The notes beneath the pieces are model-generated. The model saw only the letters and a list, made by a program, of their open reading frames with translations. It did no database searches and was not told the origin of the DNA. Positions 1-9,150 of a stretch of 45,844 nucleotides of DNA are shown piece after piece. Source of the DNA: Bifidobacterium breve (GTDB taxonomy: Bacteria > Actinomycetota > Actinomycetes > S36-B12 > CAIYMF01); assembly GCA_943329595.2 (NCBI GenBank), contig CALQEM020000001.1, positions 1 to 45,844 of the forward strand, given 5' to 3'. Numbering within the stretch: position 1 is the first letter of the stretch; each line of letters begins with the position of its first letter. A program made the translations under genes and the position numbers.

Positions 1-1326
1 GGGGCGTCGCAGGCGGCCCGCGGCGAGGGCCGCCAGCACAGCGACGAAGGCTGACACCATCCACATCACGCCGAACACGACGCCGCCCGGGGCCGCCGTC
101 GCGACCGAGGCCGCGAAGAAGGCGCCAGTGATGCCGGTGATGAGTACCACCCCCGACGAGTCAGCCACCTGGAGTCCCGCCGAGTTCGCGCCCTGTTCTC
201 CGGGCGCGCTGTAGTCGAGCAGCAGCGTGGCCAGCGAGCTCACGCTCATTCCCATTCCCAGTGAACCGATGAGCCACGAGGGCACCAGCACCGCGACCGG
301 AAGCCCCGGCACCAGGCAGAGTGGCAGGGTCACCAGCGACACCACCACGAGGGTGCTTCCGATTCGCACGAGCCGGGCCGGCGTGAACGACACCGGAGCA
401 TGCCCCTGGAACCAGGCACCGCTGGCCCAGCCGATGGCGCCACACGCCAGGAAGAGCCCCGACCAGGTGGTGGAGACCCCCCGCACCGTCTGCAGCGAGA
501 GTGGGATCCACGCCTCGGCCGAGAAAAACGCGCCCGCCATGAGCCCGCGCACCGCGATCACGGTGGGCAGTCCGCGCCTCACACGCAGGGTGCCCGCGGG
601 CAGCAGCACCAGCAGCGCGGGCACCAGCAGCGCGAGTCCCACCGCCGCTTCGATGACACCCACCCAGGTGCCGCGCTGTGCGGCGTCTTGCACCGCGACC
701 AGCCCGACGGCTGCCTGCGCTCCGGCGCGTACCCTGCCCGTGCGGCGCGGCTCGTCGGAGTGGGCTCCGTCGAACTGGCGCAGCCTGGGCAGCACGAGGA
801 ATAGCGGGGGCCAGATGAGGACCACCACCACGAGGAACACCCAGCGCCATGAGACCGAGTCGGCAAGCCAGCCGGCGATGACGGGGCCCACAATCGCTGG
901 CAGTACCCACGCGGCCGAGAGAAGAGAGAAGGCCTTCGCGCGAAGGATGGTTGGGTAGGCGCGCCCGATGATCACGTATGCGACCACGATCATCCCCCCG
1001 GCGCCCAGGCCCTGCAGCGCGCGACCCGCGATCAGCACCGGGAAGGCCGTGGCGATTCCGGCAACGAGGCCGCCGAGCCCAAAGGCCGCGATTCCGAAGA
1101 GCAGAGGCAGACGCGGCCCGAGCCGGTCGCCCCACTCACCGGCGAGCACCTGGCCCATGAGCGAAGCCGCCACGAACGCGTTGATGATCCAGGCCAGCGA
1201 GGCCACCGAGTTGAGGTCGCGCGCGACGACGGGCAGTGCGGTGATCACGGCGGTTCCCTCGAACGCCACGAGGGTCACGAACGTGACGATGCCGAGAGTG
1301 ATCGCACGGTGCTGATCGTCGAGCAT
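1..1326 (-). CDS. MFS transporter (C-terminal end runs off the left window edge)
   Basis: Absent from the ORF track because this frame has no stop inside the window. My translation of the reverse strand from ATG at 1326 gives MLDDQHRAITLGIVTFVTLVAFEGTAVITALPVVARDLNS...GEWGDRLGPR...GRALQGLGAGGMIVVAYVIIGRAY... with about 12 hydrophobic helices over 442 codons. Track ORFs 161..1135(-), 227..958(+) and 968..1315(+) are Arg/Pro/Ala-rich off-frame artefacts. Confidence 0.8.
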   Translation of the reverse strand, partial: MLDDQHRAITLGIVTFVTLVAFEGTAVITALPVVARDLNSVASLAWIINAFVAASLMGQVLAGEWGDRLGPRLPLLFGIAAFGLGGLVAGIATAFPVLIAGRALQGLGAGGMIVVAYVIIGRAYPTILRAKAFSLLSAAWVLPAIVGPVIAGWLADSVSWRWVFLVVVVLIWPPLFLVLPRLRQFDGAHSDEPRRTGRVRAGAQAAVGLVAVQDAAQRGTWVGVIEAAVGLALLVPALLVLLPAGTLRVRRGLPTVIAVRGLMAGAFFSAEAWIPLSLQTVRGVSTTWSGLFLACGAIGWASGAWFQGHAPVSFTPARLVRIGSTLVVVSLVTLPLCLVPGLPVAVLVPSWLIGSLGMGMSVSSLATLLLDYSAPGEQGANSAGLQVADSSGVVLITGITGAFFAASVATAAPGGVVFGVMWMVSAFVAVLAALAAGRLRRP

Positions 1327-1379
1327 GCGCGGTGACGCTGGCTGGCCACCGCGAGAGGTCGGCCGGTCAGCCGCGGAGG

Positions 1380-1676
1380 TCATCCCTCATCGCCGGCGCC
1401 ACCGGGGCCCGAGGGAATGCCGTCGTAGATCTTCTTGCAGTCAGGACACACTGGAAACCTCGAAGGATCGCGCCCCGGCACCCACACCTTGCCGCAGAGC
1501 GCAGTGATGGGGGATCCGGTGACCGCGCTCTCGACGATCTTGTCCTTCTTGACGTAGTGCGCGAAGCGCTCGTGGTCGCCATCGTCGAGTCGGAGGTCGG
1601 GCCGATCCTCGAGAAGGGTGTCACCCTCGAGGGAGGGCGATTCGTGGGGCCCGAGGGGCTCAAGAGGGGTTGTCAT
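1380..1676 (-). CDS. DUF3039 domain protein
   Basis: C-terminal ERFAHYVKKDKIVESAVTGSPITALCGKVWVPGRDPSRFPVCPDCKKIY matches the conserved actinobacterial DUF3039 pattern. Start moved to internal ATG at 1676 (MTTPLEPLG). Confidence 0.85.
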   Translation of the reverse strand: MTTPLEPLGPHESPSLEGDTLLEDRPDLRLDDGDHERFAHYVKKDKIVESAVTGSPITALCGKVWVPGRDPSRFPVCPDCKKIYDGIPSGPGGAGDEG

Positions 1677-1738
1677 CAAGGTCACTGCTCGAGCGTACCG
1701 GGGCAGGGCGCTCGCGGCGTCGAGGGACACCCCACCCC

Positions 1739-1767
1739 TTGTCGACATTCAACACCGCTGATAACTT
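1739..1767 (+). promoter_or_regulatory. Candidate housekeeping-type promoter for the WhiB gene (TTGTCG-17 nt-TAACTT)
   Basis: TTGTCG at 1739-1744, a 17-nt spacer, then TAACTT at 1762-1767. It sits in the only AT-rich patch of the DUF3039/WhiB divergent intergenic region, about 32 nt upstream of GGAGGA-N5-GTG. Confidence 0.35.
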
Positions 1768-1799
1768 ACCTTTTTGAAATCCTGTCACCTGGAGGAACA

Positions 1800-2168
1800 G
1801 TGCCACCGCAGTCGTCCGCACAGGTGCCCGCAGACTCGGTGTGGCGCTGGCAAGACCACGCGTCGTGCAGCGGCCACGACGTCATGATGTTTTACCACCC
1901 CGGAGACCAGCGTGGCCGCACCCGTCGGCGGCGCGAAGTAGTGGCCAAGTCGATCTGCTTTGGGTGCCCCGTGCGTCTCGACTGCGCCGACTACGCGATC
2001 AGGGCACGCGAGCCGTACGGCGTGTGGGGCGGTCTCACCGAGGCCGAGCGTGAGGCTATTTACGCCAGCATTCCGGTTGAGCAGTATCCGCGCCTCCCGG
2101 GCGACGGAGCCTCAGCGGCCAAGCTGGCAATTGAAAGGTCGATGAACCCGCAGGCCTTCACCGCCTGA
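1800..2168 (+). CDS. WhiB-family (Wbl) Fe-S transcriptional regulator
   Basis: WRWQDHASCSGHDVMMFYHP...AKSICFGCPVRLDCADYAIRAREPYGVWGGLTEAERE carries four Cys plus the GVWGG turn. GTG at 1800 is preceded by GGAGGA. The upstream part of ORF 1332..2168 is antisense to the DUF3039 gene. Confidence 0.9.
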   Translation: MPPQSSAQVPADSVWRWQDHASCSGHDVMMFYHPGDQRGRTRRRREVVAKSICFGCPVRLDCADYAIRAREPYGVWGGLTEAEREAIYASIPVEQYPRLPGDGASAAKLAIERSMNPQAFTA

Positions 2169-2189
2169 CAGTCTGACCGCCTCACCCGA

Positions 2190-4016
2190 TCAGGCAGACG
2201 CGAGTCGCGACCTCAGAGCGGCCAGCTGATCGCGCAACTCCCCCGGAACCCGATCGCCGAACAACCCGAAGTACTCCTCGATCAGGTCGGCCTCGGCCAG
2301 CCACGTCGCACCATCGACCGCGAAGAGTTCGGCGAGCTGCTCGGGACTGACCCCGATGCCGTCGACCTGCAGGTCGCCGTCGACCGGGCGCCGGCCGATG
2401 GCAGTGTCAACCGCGCCGACCTTGCCCTCAAGCCGCTCGACGATCCACGACAGCACCCGCGAGTTCTCGCCGAAGCCGGGCCACAGGAACGAGCCGTCGG
2501 CATCCTTGCGGAACCAGTTGACCTGGTAGATCCGCGGCAGCTTCTCGGGGTCGGTTGAGGCGCCCACCTTGAGCCAGTGACTCCAGTAGTCGGCCATGTT
2601 GTACCCGCAGAAGGGCAGCATCGCGAAGGGGTCGCGGCGCAGTTGACCCATGGCACCCACGGCCGCAGCGGTGGTTTCCGACGACACGGTGGCGCCGACA
2701 AACACCCCGTGCTCCCAGCTCAGCGACTCGTTTACCAGCGGCACATTGGTGGCGCGGCGTCCGCCGAAGAGGATGGCCGAGATGGGCACCCCCGCGGGGT
2801 CTTCCCAGTTGGGGGCGATCGAGGGGCACTGTGAGGCCGGCGCGGTGAAGCGCGAGTTGGGGTGTGACGACGGCTCATCAGAGGCAGGAGTCCAATCGCG
2901 ACCCTTCCAGTCGATGAGGTGCGCGGGAACCTCAGGCGTGAGCCCCTCCCACCAGATGTCACCGTCGTCGGTGAGAGCGACGTTGGTGAAGATGCAGTTG
3001 GCGTCGAGGCTGCGCACCGCGTTGGCATTGGTGGTCATGCCGGTGCCGGGCGCGACTCCAAAGAACCCCGCCTCAGGGTTAATCGCGTAGAGGCGGCCGT
3101 CGTCGCCGAAGCGCATCCAGGCGATGTCGTCGCCCACGGTTTCGACCGTCCAGCCCGGCAGGCTCGGCTCGAGCATTGCGAGGTTGGTCTTGCCGCAGGC
3201 AGAGGGGAATGCCGCGGTGAGGTACTTGACGTCGCCGTCGGGCGCGGTGAGCTTGAGGATCAGCATGTGCTCGGCGAGCCAGCCCTCGTCGCGAGCCATC
3301 GCCGATGCGATGCGCAGCGCGAAGCACTTCTTGCCCAGCAGTGCGTTGCCGCCGTAGCCCGAGCCGTACGACCAGATTTCGCGACTCTCGGGGAAGTGCA
3401 CGATGTACTTGGTGTCGCTGCAGGGCCACTCAACGTCGGGTCGGGCCACGCCATCGGCGTCGGACAGCGGGTAGCCGACCGAGTGCAGGGCCGGTACGAA
3501 GTCGCCGTCTTCACCGATCAGGTCGAGGGCCTCGCGGCCCATGCGCGTCATGATCCGCATGTTGACGACCACGTAGGGCGAGTCGGTGAGCTCGACGCCC
3601 AGCTGCGAGATGCGCGAGCCGAGTGGCCCCATTGAGAAGGGAACGACATAGAGGGTGCGCCCGCGCATGGAACCGGCGAACAGGTCCTTCAGCGTGGCTC
3701 GCATCTCGACCGGGTCGGCCCAGTTGTTGGTGGGCCCGGCGTCGGCTTCCTGCGCCGAGCATATGTAGGTGCGGTCTTCGACTCGCGCCACGTCACTCGG
3801 GCTTGACCGGGCCAGGAATGAGTTGGGACGAAGTTCAGGGTTGAGCCGGGTGAAGGTGCCACCCTCGACGAGCAGTTCGGTGAGGCGGTTCCACTCGTCC
3901 TGCGACCCGTCGCACCACTCGACCCGGTCGGGCTCGGCCAGCGCGGCAACCTCTTCAACCCACTCGAGCAGCTTCTTGTTGCGCGTGGGGGGGTTCTCAA
4001 GTCCGGGGACGGTCAT
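2190..4016 (-). CDS. pckG: Phosphoenolpyruvate carboxykinase (GTP)
   Basis: 608 aa with typical GTP-PEPCK blocks ([35 protein letters not shown], YFxHWL-like C-terminus). Start set at ATG 4016 ([20 protein letters not shown]). Confidence 0.95.
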   Translation of the reverse strand: MTVPGLENPPTRNKKLLEWVEEVAALAEPDRVEWCDGSQDEWNRLTELLVEGGTFTRLNPELRPNSFLARSSPSDVARVEDRTYICSAQEADAGPTNNWADPVEMRATLKDLFAGSMRGRTLYVVPFSMGPLGSRISQLGVELTDSPYVVVNMRIMTRMGREALDLIGEDGDFVPALHSVGYPLSDADGVARPDVEWPCSDTKYIVHFPESREIWSYGSGYGGNALLGKKCFALRIASAMARDEGWLAEHMLILKLTAPDGDVKYLTAAFPSACGKTNLAMLEPSLPGWTVETVGDDIAWMRFGDDGRLYAINPEAGFFGVAPGTGMTTNANAVRSLDANCIFTNVALTDDGDIWWEGLTPEVPAHLIDWKGRDWTPASDEPSSHPNSRFTAPASQCPSIAPNWEDPAGVPISAILFGGRRATNVPLVNESLSWEHGVFVGATVSSETTAAAVGAMGQLRRDPFAMLPFCGYNMADYWSHWLKVGASTDPEKLPRIYQVNWFRKDADGSFLWPGFGENSRVLSWIVERLEGKVGAVDTAIGRRPVDGDLQVDGIGVSPEQLAELFAVDGATWLAEADLIEEYFGLFGDRVPGELRDQLAALRSRLASA

Positions 4017-4214
4017 CTCGGGAATCCTTTGTGTCAGGTGGCTCACGACGCTGTGGCACGTAGAGCAAGGATGCACCACAGGTGCCTGACTCGTCACTGT
4101 TCAGACCTGAAAGGGAGTGCGTCGGAGCCAAATGTGACCAACTCAACACAGCAAAGAGTGGTGTGAGTCACACTCAAGCCGCCGTGGCGCATCAGCGGCG
4201 CATCAACTGCTCAA

Positions 4215-5837
4215 TCAGCTGCCAATGAGCGGAAATGCGGTTGCAATCACGTAGGCGAGCGGAATCGCCTGCACCACCGCGGGGGCCCAGCGCTCGCGCG
4301 TGAGTCCTGAGACCACGTGCGCGCATACAGCGAGCAGCACGAAGAAGAGTGCCACCAGCGGAACCCACAGAATCAGCACGCCCGGCGCCCCGAGCCACGC
4401 TACGGCGAGCATCAGCGCCACCACCACAATCACCCGGTTGGCGGTCACCAGAAGGATGCGCCGTCCGCGCGACGGGCGGGCCACGAGTCGCTCGTCGGCC
4501 CAGAAGAACACAATCATGGTCACCTCAACCACCGGCAGCACCCACCGACGTGCGCCCACCACCGCGAAGTCTGACCACGTGTGCTGTGACGCCAGCGCCA
4601 GCACCGCGACCAGGTACGCGGTGAGCGCCAGGGTGGCCAGCACCTGTCGTCCGACTCCGCGAGGGCGGCTGTCGGCTGCTTCCGTTTCGTCGCCCGGGAC
4701 ATCGACCGACTTGCCCGTCGCTCCTCGACGGCCAAGCCACCAGGCGATCAGCCAGCCCACGAGGCCGGCGACTCCGAACCAGACGACGGTGTAGTCGGCG
4801 ACCGAGAGCGGCAGCAGGGCCGGCCTGCCGGCCAGCAGCGCACCGCCCAGTGAGGCCACCAGCGCCGACGCCACGGTGGCCGGGATCACCCAGCGCGCTC
4901 GCACCACCGGAGCGTGCTCGCTCGGCTCAGCTCGGCGCGCACCGAAGGCCAGCCTCGCCAGCGGGACGAAGCCCACGGTGGCACCGGCCAGCAGCACCAG
5001 CAGCCACAGCACCTTCGAGTCCGGGGCCACCGTGTGACCGGTGGAACCCACGGCCACCGTGGAGTCGAACCAGTCGACCATCTGCTGCGCGGCCACCGGG
5101 CTGAACACGATGCCGATGTGCTCGACTCCTGGCACCACGAAGGTTCCGCGCGCCGTGCCGTCAGCCCCGCTTCCGTACGACTGTCCGACCACGCCCTCGG
5201 GATAGCCAGCCTTCAGCGCCTCCTCGCCCGCCGCCTCGAAGATCGGTCGCTCGGCCGACCCCCACATCAGCAGCAGGTCGCGCGGTACCGCGACGTCGCC
5301 CACAGGCACGTCGTCGGCCGAAGGAAGGCTGACCGCCACAGTGGCGTCGATGCGCTGCGGGCCGGTGGCGTCGGCCACCGCGAAGCGCACCACCGCGCCA
5401 GCCCCCATCGAGTGCCCCACGAGGCCGAGGTGCTCAGGGTCGACCTCGGGCTGGAGTGCCAGCCAGTCGACCACCACCGACAGGTCGTCCTGCAGCACGT
5501 CAGCCCGCACGGTGCCGTCGGGTCCGAGTGGCAGCGGGGCGGCGTTCTCACCATGGCCACGGAAGTCGGGCATTGCCACGACGTAGCCCGCTCGCGCGAG
5601 CGACACTCCGAGCGACTCCATGATGGTCGACGACGACGCGAAGCCGTGAGCGACCACCACCCCCGGAAGTTTCCCGACAGCACCGTCGGGGGCGAGCACG
5701 GTCACTGGTACCCCCGACACCACCGTGGCCGTGCGCACGATGCCAGTGTCAGCGCGGGAGATCGCGACGGTGGCCGGAACGGTGAGCAGCAGTGCGACCA
5801 CCGCGTAAGCCCAGATGGAGACGCGAGTCCGAGTCAT
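4215..5837 (-). CDS. Membrane-anchored alpha/beta-hydrolase fused to a polytopic C-terminal membrane domain
   Basis: N-terminal signal/anchor, then VVVAHGFASS...PDFRGHGEN...GHSMGAGAV (nucleophile elbow GHSMG), followed by about 7 hydrophobic helices over the last ~250 aa. Confidence 0.75.
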   Translation of the reverse strand: MTRTRVSIWAYAVVALLLTVPATVAISRADTGIVRTATVVSGVPVTVLAPDGAVGKLPGVVVAHGFASSSTIMESLGVSLARAGYVVAMPDFRGHGENAAPLPLGPDGTVRADVLQDDLSVVVDWLALQPEVDPEHLGLVGHSMGAGAVVRFAVADATGPQRIDATVAVSLPSADDVPVGDVAVPRDLLLMWGSAERPIFEAAGEEALKAGYPEGVVGQSYGSGADGTARGTFVVPGVEHIGIVFSPVAAQQMVDWFDSTVAVGSTGHTVAPDSKVLWLLVLLAGATVGFVPLARLAFGARRAEPSEHAPVVRARWVIPATVASALVASLGGALLAGRPALLPLSVADYTVVWFGVAGLVGWLIAWWLGRRGATGKSVDVPGDETEAADSRPRGVGRQVLATLALTAYLVAVLALASQHTWSDFAVVGARRWVLPVVEVTMIVFFWADERLVARPSRGRRILLVTANRVIVVVALMLAVAWLGAPGVLILWVPLVALFFVLLAVCAHVVSGLTRERWAPAVVQAIPLAYVIATAFPLIGS

Positions 5838-5921
5838 TCCGGCAGGCTAGCGGCACCACGGCCATTGCCGCCCAGCGTACGGGTCGACGTGCTGACGGCC
5901 ACCCTGTGCGAGGATGCCGTT

Positions 5922-6293
5922 ATGGATCACGCGGTCCTCACTCGTGCGCTCGAGCGCCTTCGGGTTGGTGGCGCATACTTCGCCTACCTGCACGGCAGTC
6001 AGGTGACGGGTACTGCTGACGAGAACTCCGACATCGACCTCGCCGCCCTCTTCCATGACCCTGCGCCCTCCAGCTTCGCTCTGGACCTGCCACCAGGCGT
6101 CGACCTGATAGTGCTCAACTCCGCGCCACTGGAGGTGGCCGGTCGCATCGCTTGCCATGGCACCTTGGTGCTGGAAGCCGATGAAACGGCGCGAGTTCGC
6201 TGGGAGTCCATGACACGTACCGTGTACCTCGATGAGAAGTACCGAATCGAGCGATCACACCGAGAGTTCCTCGAGGCGGCTGCCCGTGGTTGA
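5922..6293 (+). CDS. mntA: Nucleotidyltransferase (MNT) antitoxin of a HepT/MntA-type toxin-antitoxin pair
   Basis: YLHGSQVTGTADENSDIDLAALF matches the GSxxxG...SDxD minimal nucleotidyltransferase motif. AGGA lies 7 nt upstream of ATG 5922. The 5' 1 kb of track ORF 4914..6293 is antisense to the hydrolase. Confidence 0.85.
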   Translation: MDHAVLTRALERLRVGGAYFAYLHGSQVTGTADENSDIDLAALFHDPAPSSFALDLPPGVDLIVLNSAPLEVAGRIACHGTLVLEADETARVRWESMTRTVYLDEKYRIERSHREFLEAAARG

Positions 6294-6702
6294 CGAGGTG
6301 CGGCTTGCTCGGCTCTTGCGCTCGGCTTCCGACGCGGTTGCCTCACTCGAGCGCGAGCAATTCGCTGAGGACGATCGCCGGGCTGACCCTCTCTGGCTGC
6401 CGGGTGTGAAGTACCTGATGATCACCGCGGTCGAGGCGTGCATCGACGCCGCTCAGCACGTGTGTAGTGCGCAGAAGTGGGGCGCCCCCCGCGACAACGC
6501 TGACGCGATGCGACAACTCGCCCGACACGGGGCGATCGACGGCAGCATGGCGGAGGCGATGCGCCTAGCAGTCGGCTTCCGCAACGTGCTCGTACACGAG
6601 TACGTCGCCGTGGATGATCGGGTAGTTGTCGCGAGACTGCAGGACCTGTCCGACCTTACGGGCTATATCAGCGCGCTGTCGGCCTGGCTGCTCGATCGCT
6701 GA
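6286..6702 (+). CDS. hepT: HEPN (DUF86/HepT) toxin
   Basis: GFRNVLVHEY carries the Rx4HxY HEPN motif. GTG at 6286 overlaps the MNT stop (TGA 6291-6293) by 8 nt. Confidence 0.85.
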   Translation: MVDEVRLARLLRSASDAVASLEREQFAEDDRRADPLWLPGVKYLMITAVEACIDAAQHVCSAQKWGAPRDNADAMRQLARHGAIDGSMAEAMRLAVGFRNVLVHEYVAVDDRVVVARLQDLSDLTGYISALSAWLLDR

Positions 6703-6719
6703 GCGTGCGCGCGCCGCGC

Positions 6720-8624
6720 TCAGGCGGTGCGCCAGGCCCCCGGGTGCGCCAGTGCCGGAACCCCCGGCCCCGACCAGACCGACGCAGGCACGGTCGGTCG
6801 CGAAGGTGCGTCAGCCCAGCTCATCGAACGCAGGCTCACGATGCCGGCCGAGGTTGGAGTGCTGCCGGCGAGCACGCGGTAGTCGCCGTGGGCAGGGTCG
6901 CGGAACACCCGGGTCGAGGGACCGAACACGTTGTGACTCCGCACGAACGCCTGGCTGCAGCCCGCGTTCGTGCCACCGCAGGCCCCGTCGTTGAAACCGA
7001 GGTCCAGGGCTCCCGACCCGTTGAGGAAGACGTTGCCCTCGATGACCAGGTCGTCATCAGCACGGCTGGGGTTCGCCACGCCGCTGTCGGCGGGTGGAGT
7101 CGTGGGCGAGTGCACGTCGAAGTGCGACCACCTCGACGCGTAGCCGGGCGGGTTGGCCACAACGTTGTTCTGGAAGTACACGTGCCGGTTCGGAATGTAC
7201 TGTCCCCCCGACGTGGTGGTGCCCCATCCGCCCAGGGCCCGTCGGGCCGCACACGGGGCCGTCGACTCCCCGGCATCGGCCGCGTCACAGCTGCGGCTGC
7301 CCTGCACGAACTCGACCGCGTGGCTGCGCGCACCCACGCGGTACATCGTGTTGAAGGCCATCAGTACGTTGTAGCCGCCGTTCACCCCGAGCCCGGCGCC
7401 CTCGGTGTCGTGGATGAGGTTTCCTACCACCGTGATGCCATAGGCCTCATAGTGCAGGTACGGCGCGGTCATGAACTCGAAGCCCGTGCCCTGCCCGGCG
7501 GTGAAACCACCAGTTCCACAGCCGAAGATCTCATTGTCGACCACGGCGATACCCGAGCTACCGCCCTTGACATACGCGCACCAGTCCTGGGCGCCGTGGA
7601 TGCGGTTGCCCACGATGTGGCCCGAGCGCACCGCTACGAAGTCGATGGCGTTGTCGTCGGCGCCGTGCACGTCGGAATCCTCGATGTAGATGTGGTCAGA
7701 CTGGTTCACCTTCACGGTCTCGTGCGCGCCGCCCACACCCGATAGGTGCATGCCGCGCAGCAGCACATAGCTGCACGCCTCGCAGTGGAACGCATCACCG
7801 GCACGGATGATGTCGATACCGATCAGGTAGAGGTGGCGCACGTCGAAGGCGTTGATGTCGCCGGTGAAGCGCGCGGCGTGCGGGCCGTCGACCGACCGGA
7901 TGATGATGGGCGCTGAAGCCGTTCCCCAGCGGTGCTCCCAGTAGTTGACCAGCGCCGAGGCGGGGTAGGTGCCGCGCACCACGTTGATGCGGACTCCACG
8001 GGTCAGTGTGCGACCGGCCGGGATTCGGCGCCAGGCCTCGCCCACGGTGGCGAGCGCCGACGCGCGGGTGAGCCCCGAGCGCGAGTCCGAGCCGCGCGCG
8101 GCATCGACCCACACATCGGTCCCTACAAAGGGTTTGATGACGAAGCGGCCGGTGCGAGTCGCGGGCGCAACCCGACGAAAGGCGATCTCGACCCGCGACG
8201 TCGAGCCGCGCAGCACGCTCACGGTCACTGCCCCCACTACAGGACGGTAGGCGGCCGCTCCCACACGCTCAAGGGCGAACGTGACGCGGTAGGACCCCGG
8301 AGCGGGCACGCGCACCGAGGCGGTTCGCGCCACGACTCGGAAAGAGTTCGAGCCCGCCGACGTGACCACGACTCGGGGGACGACCCCGGCGGGAAGTCCG
8401 GTGGCCACCACGCGCAGCCCCGTCACAGCAATGGCCGTCGGCTCGGACCACGACACAACCGGTCGTGCGCCAGCGGGCGGTGTCCACGGGAGCAGGCCGA
8501 CAGCAGCAGCCACGAGGGCGATAACCGCCGGCCTGAGCCACGCGAGGTTCACCTTCACACCATCGGCCCCGCAAGGCCCCACCCGCAGGGCCAAACGGGT
8601 GCAGTGTGCTAGCGCGCCGGACAT
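6720..8624 (-). CDS. Secreted right-handed parallel beta-helix repeat protein (pectate-lyase-fold, possible glycan lyase/hydrolase)
   Basis: Hydrophobic signal (AVIALVAAAVGLLPW), a beta-rich N-terminal domain, then repeated xNxxxGxxDxxI/V turns (VHGADDNAIDF, IHGAQDWCAYV, IHDTEGAGLGV). The start is uncertain: ATG 8624 or GTG 8558. 8723 would overlap the neighbouring gene. Confidence 0.7.
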   Translation of the reverse strand: MSGALAHCTRLALRVGPCGADGVKVNLAWLRPAVIALVAAAVGLLPWTPPAGARPVVSWSEPTAIAVTGLRVVATGLPAGVVPRVVVTSAGSNSFRVVARTASVRVPAPGSYRVTFALERVGAAAYRPVVGAVTVSVLRGSTSRVEIAFRRVAPATRTGRFVIKPFVGTDVWVDAARGSDSRSGLTRASALATVGEAWRRIPAGRTLTRGVRINVVRGTYPASALVNYWEHRWGTASAPIIIRSVDGPHAARFTGDINAFDVRHLYLIGIDIIRAGDAFHCEACSYVLLRGMHLSGVGGAHETVKVNQSDHIYIEDSDVHGADDNAIDFVAVRSGHIVGNRIHGAQDWCAYVKGGSSGIAVVDNEIFGCGTGGFTAGQGTGFEFMTAPYLHYEAYGITVVGNLIHDTEGAGLGVNGGYNVLMAFNTMYRVGARSHAVEFVQGSRSCDAADAGESTAPCAARRALGGWGTTTSGGQYIPNRHVYFQNNVVANPPGYASRWSHFDVHSPTTPPADSGVANPSRADDDLVIEGNVFLNGSGALDLGFNDGACGGTNAGCSQAFVRSHNVFGPSTRVFRDPAHGDYRVLAGSTPTSAGIVSLRSMSWADAPSRPTVPASVWSGPGVPALAHPGAWRTA

Positions 8625-8670
8625 GGCAGCGGCGGCCACCCGAAGGTGACCGCCGCGAGGTGCCCAACGA

Positions 8671-9048
8671 TCAGGCGAGAGCCTTGGTCTTGATCGAGTC
8701 GAACTCGGCCTGCGAGATGGCACCCGAGTTGAGCAGGTCGTGCGCCTTGGCGATCTGGTCGGCGGGGTCGGTGGTGCCGGCGAGCTGCTTCACGTAGTCC
8801 TGCTGCGCCTTCTGGTACTGCTTGGCGGCAGCCTCGCTGCGCTCACGCATGCCGTTGTGGTACACGATCACGTAGACGAGGAGCGACAGGAACGGGACGA
8901 CGAAGAGCAGGATGATCCAGAGCGCCTTGACCAAGCCGCTCATGTCGTGGTTACGGAACAGGTCACTGATGACGCTGAACAGAATCATGAAATAGCACAC
9001 CATGAAGAAGATCACGACGAGCGTCCACAGGAAGTCTCCGAGCTGCAT
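8671..9048 (-). CDS. Small membrane protein, PLDc_N-like N-terminus plus SHOCT-like C-terminus
   Basis: Two TM helices (LWTLVVIFFMVCYFMILFSVISDLF, WIILLFVVPFLSLLVYVIVY) and a C-terminal LLNSGAISQAEFDSIKTKAL short oligomerisation motif. Confidence 0.75.
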   Translation of the reverse strand: MQLGDFLWTLVVIFFMVCYFMILFSVISDLFRNHDMSGLVKALWIILLFVVPFLSLLVYVIVYHNGMRERSEAAAKQYQKAQQDYVKQLAGTTDPADQIAKAHDLLNSGAISQAEFDSIKTKALA

Positions 9049-9150
9049 TGGGTCTCCATAGCCTCAGCGCTGCTTGAGCAGCGCGGTTCTCGTGACCCGC
9101 CGACGGCAGGCCCTCGGAAACCAAGCATAGAGCCCCTACACTCCGGATTC

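Noticed and set aside
161-1315. Track ORFs 161..1135(-), 227..958(+), 400..804(+) and 968..1315(+).
   Set aside because: All are off-frame relative to the open-ended minus-strand MFS frame (start 1326), which translates into a convincing 12-helix transporter. The listed ORFs are Arg/Pro-rich.
4017-4097. N-terminal extensions of track ORFs, for example pckG to 4097, sigma to 28772, HK to 32927, HADH to 43836, DUF2461 to 31548 and the GT-C-like gene to 24398.
   Set aside because: The extensions are Arg/Pro/Gly-rich and overlap upstream genes or operators. Internal starts coincide with conserved N-termini, SD-like motifs or ATGA/TGATG coupling.
9049-9150. Fluoride (crcB-motif) riboswitch upstream of the ClC channel gene.
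   Set aside because: I could not find the conserved GATGG...CCGCC...CTGATGA-type core. The only structure is an 18-bp palindrome GCGCTGCT-TG-AGCAGCGC (9067-9084), which looks more like a DNA operator or a small hairpin.
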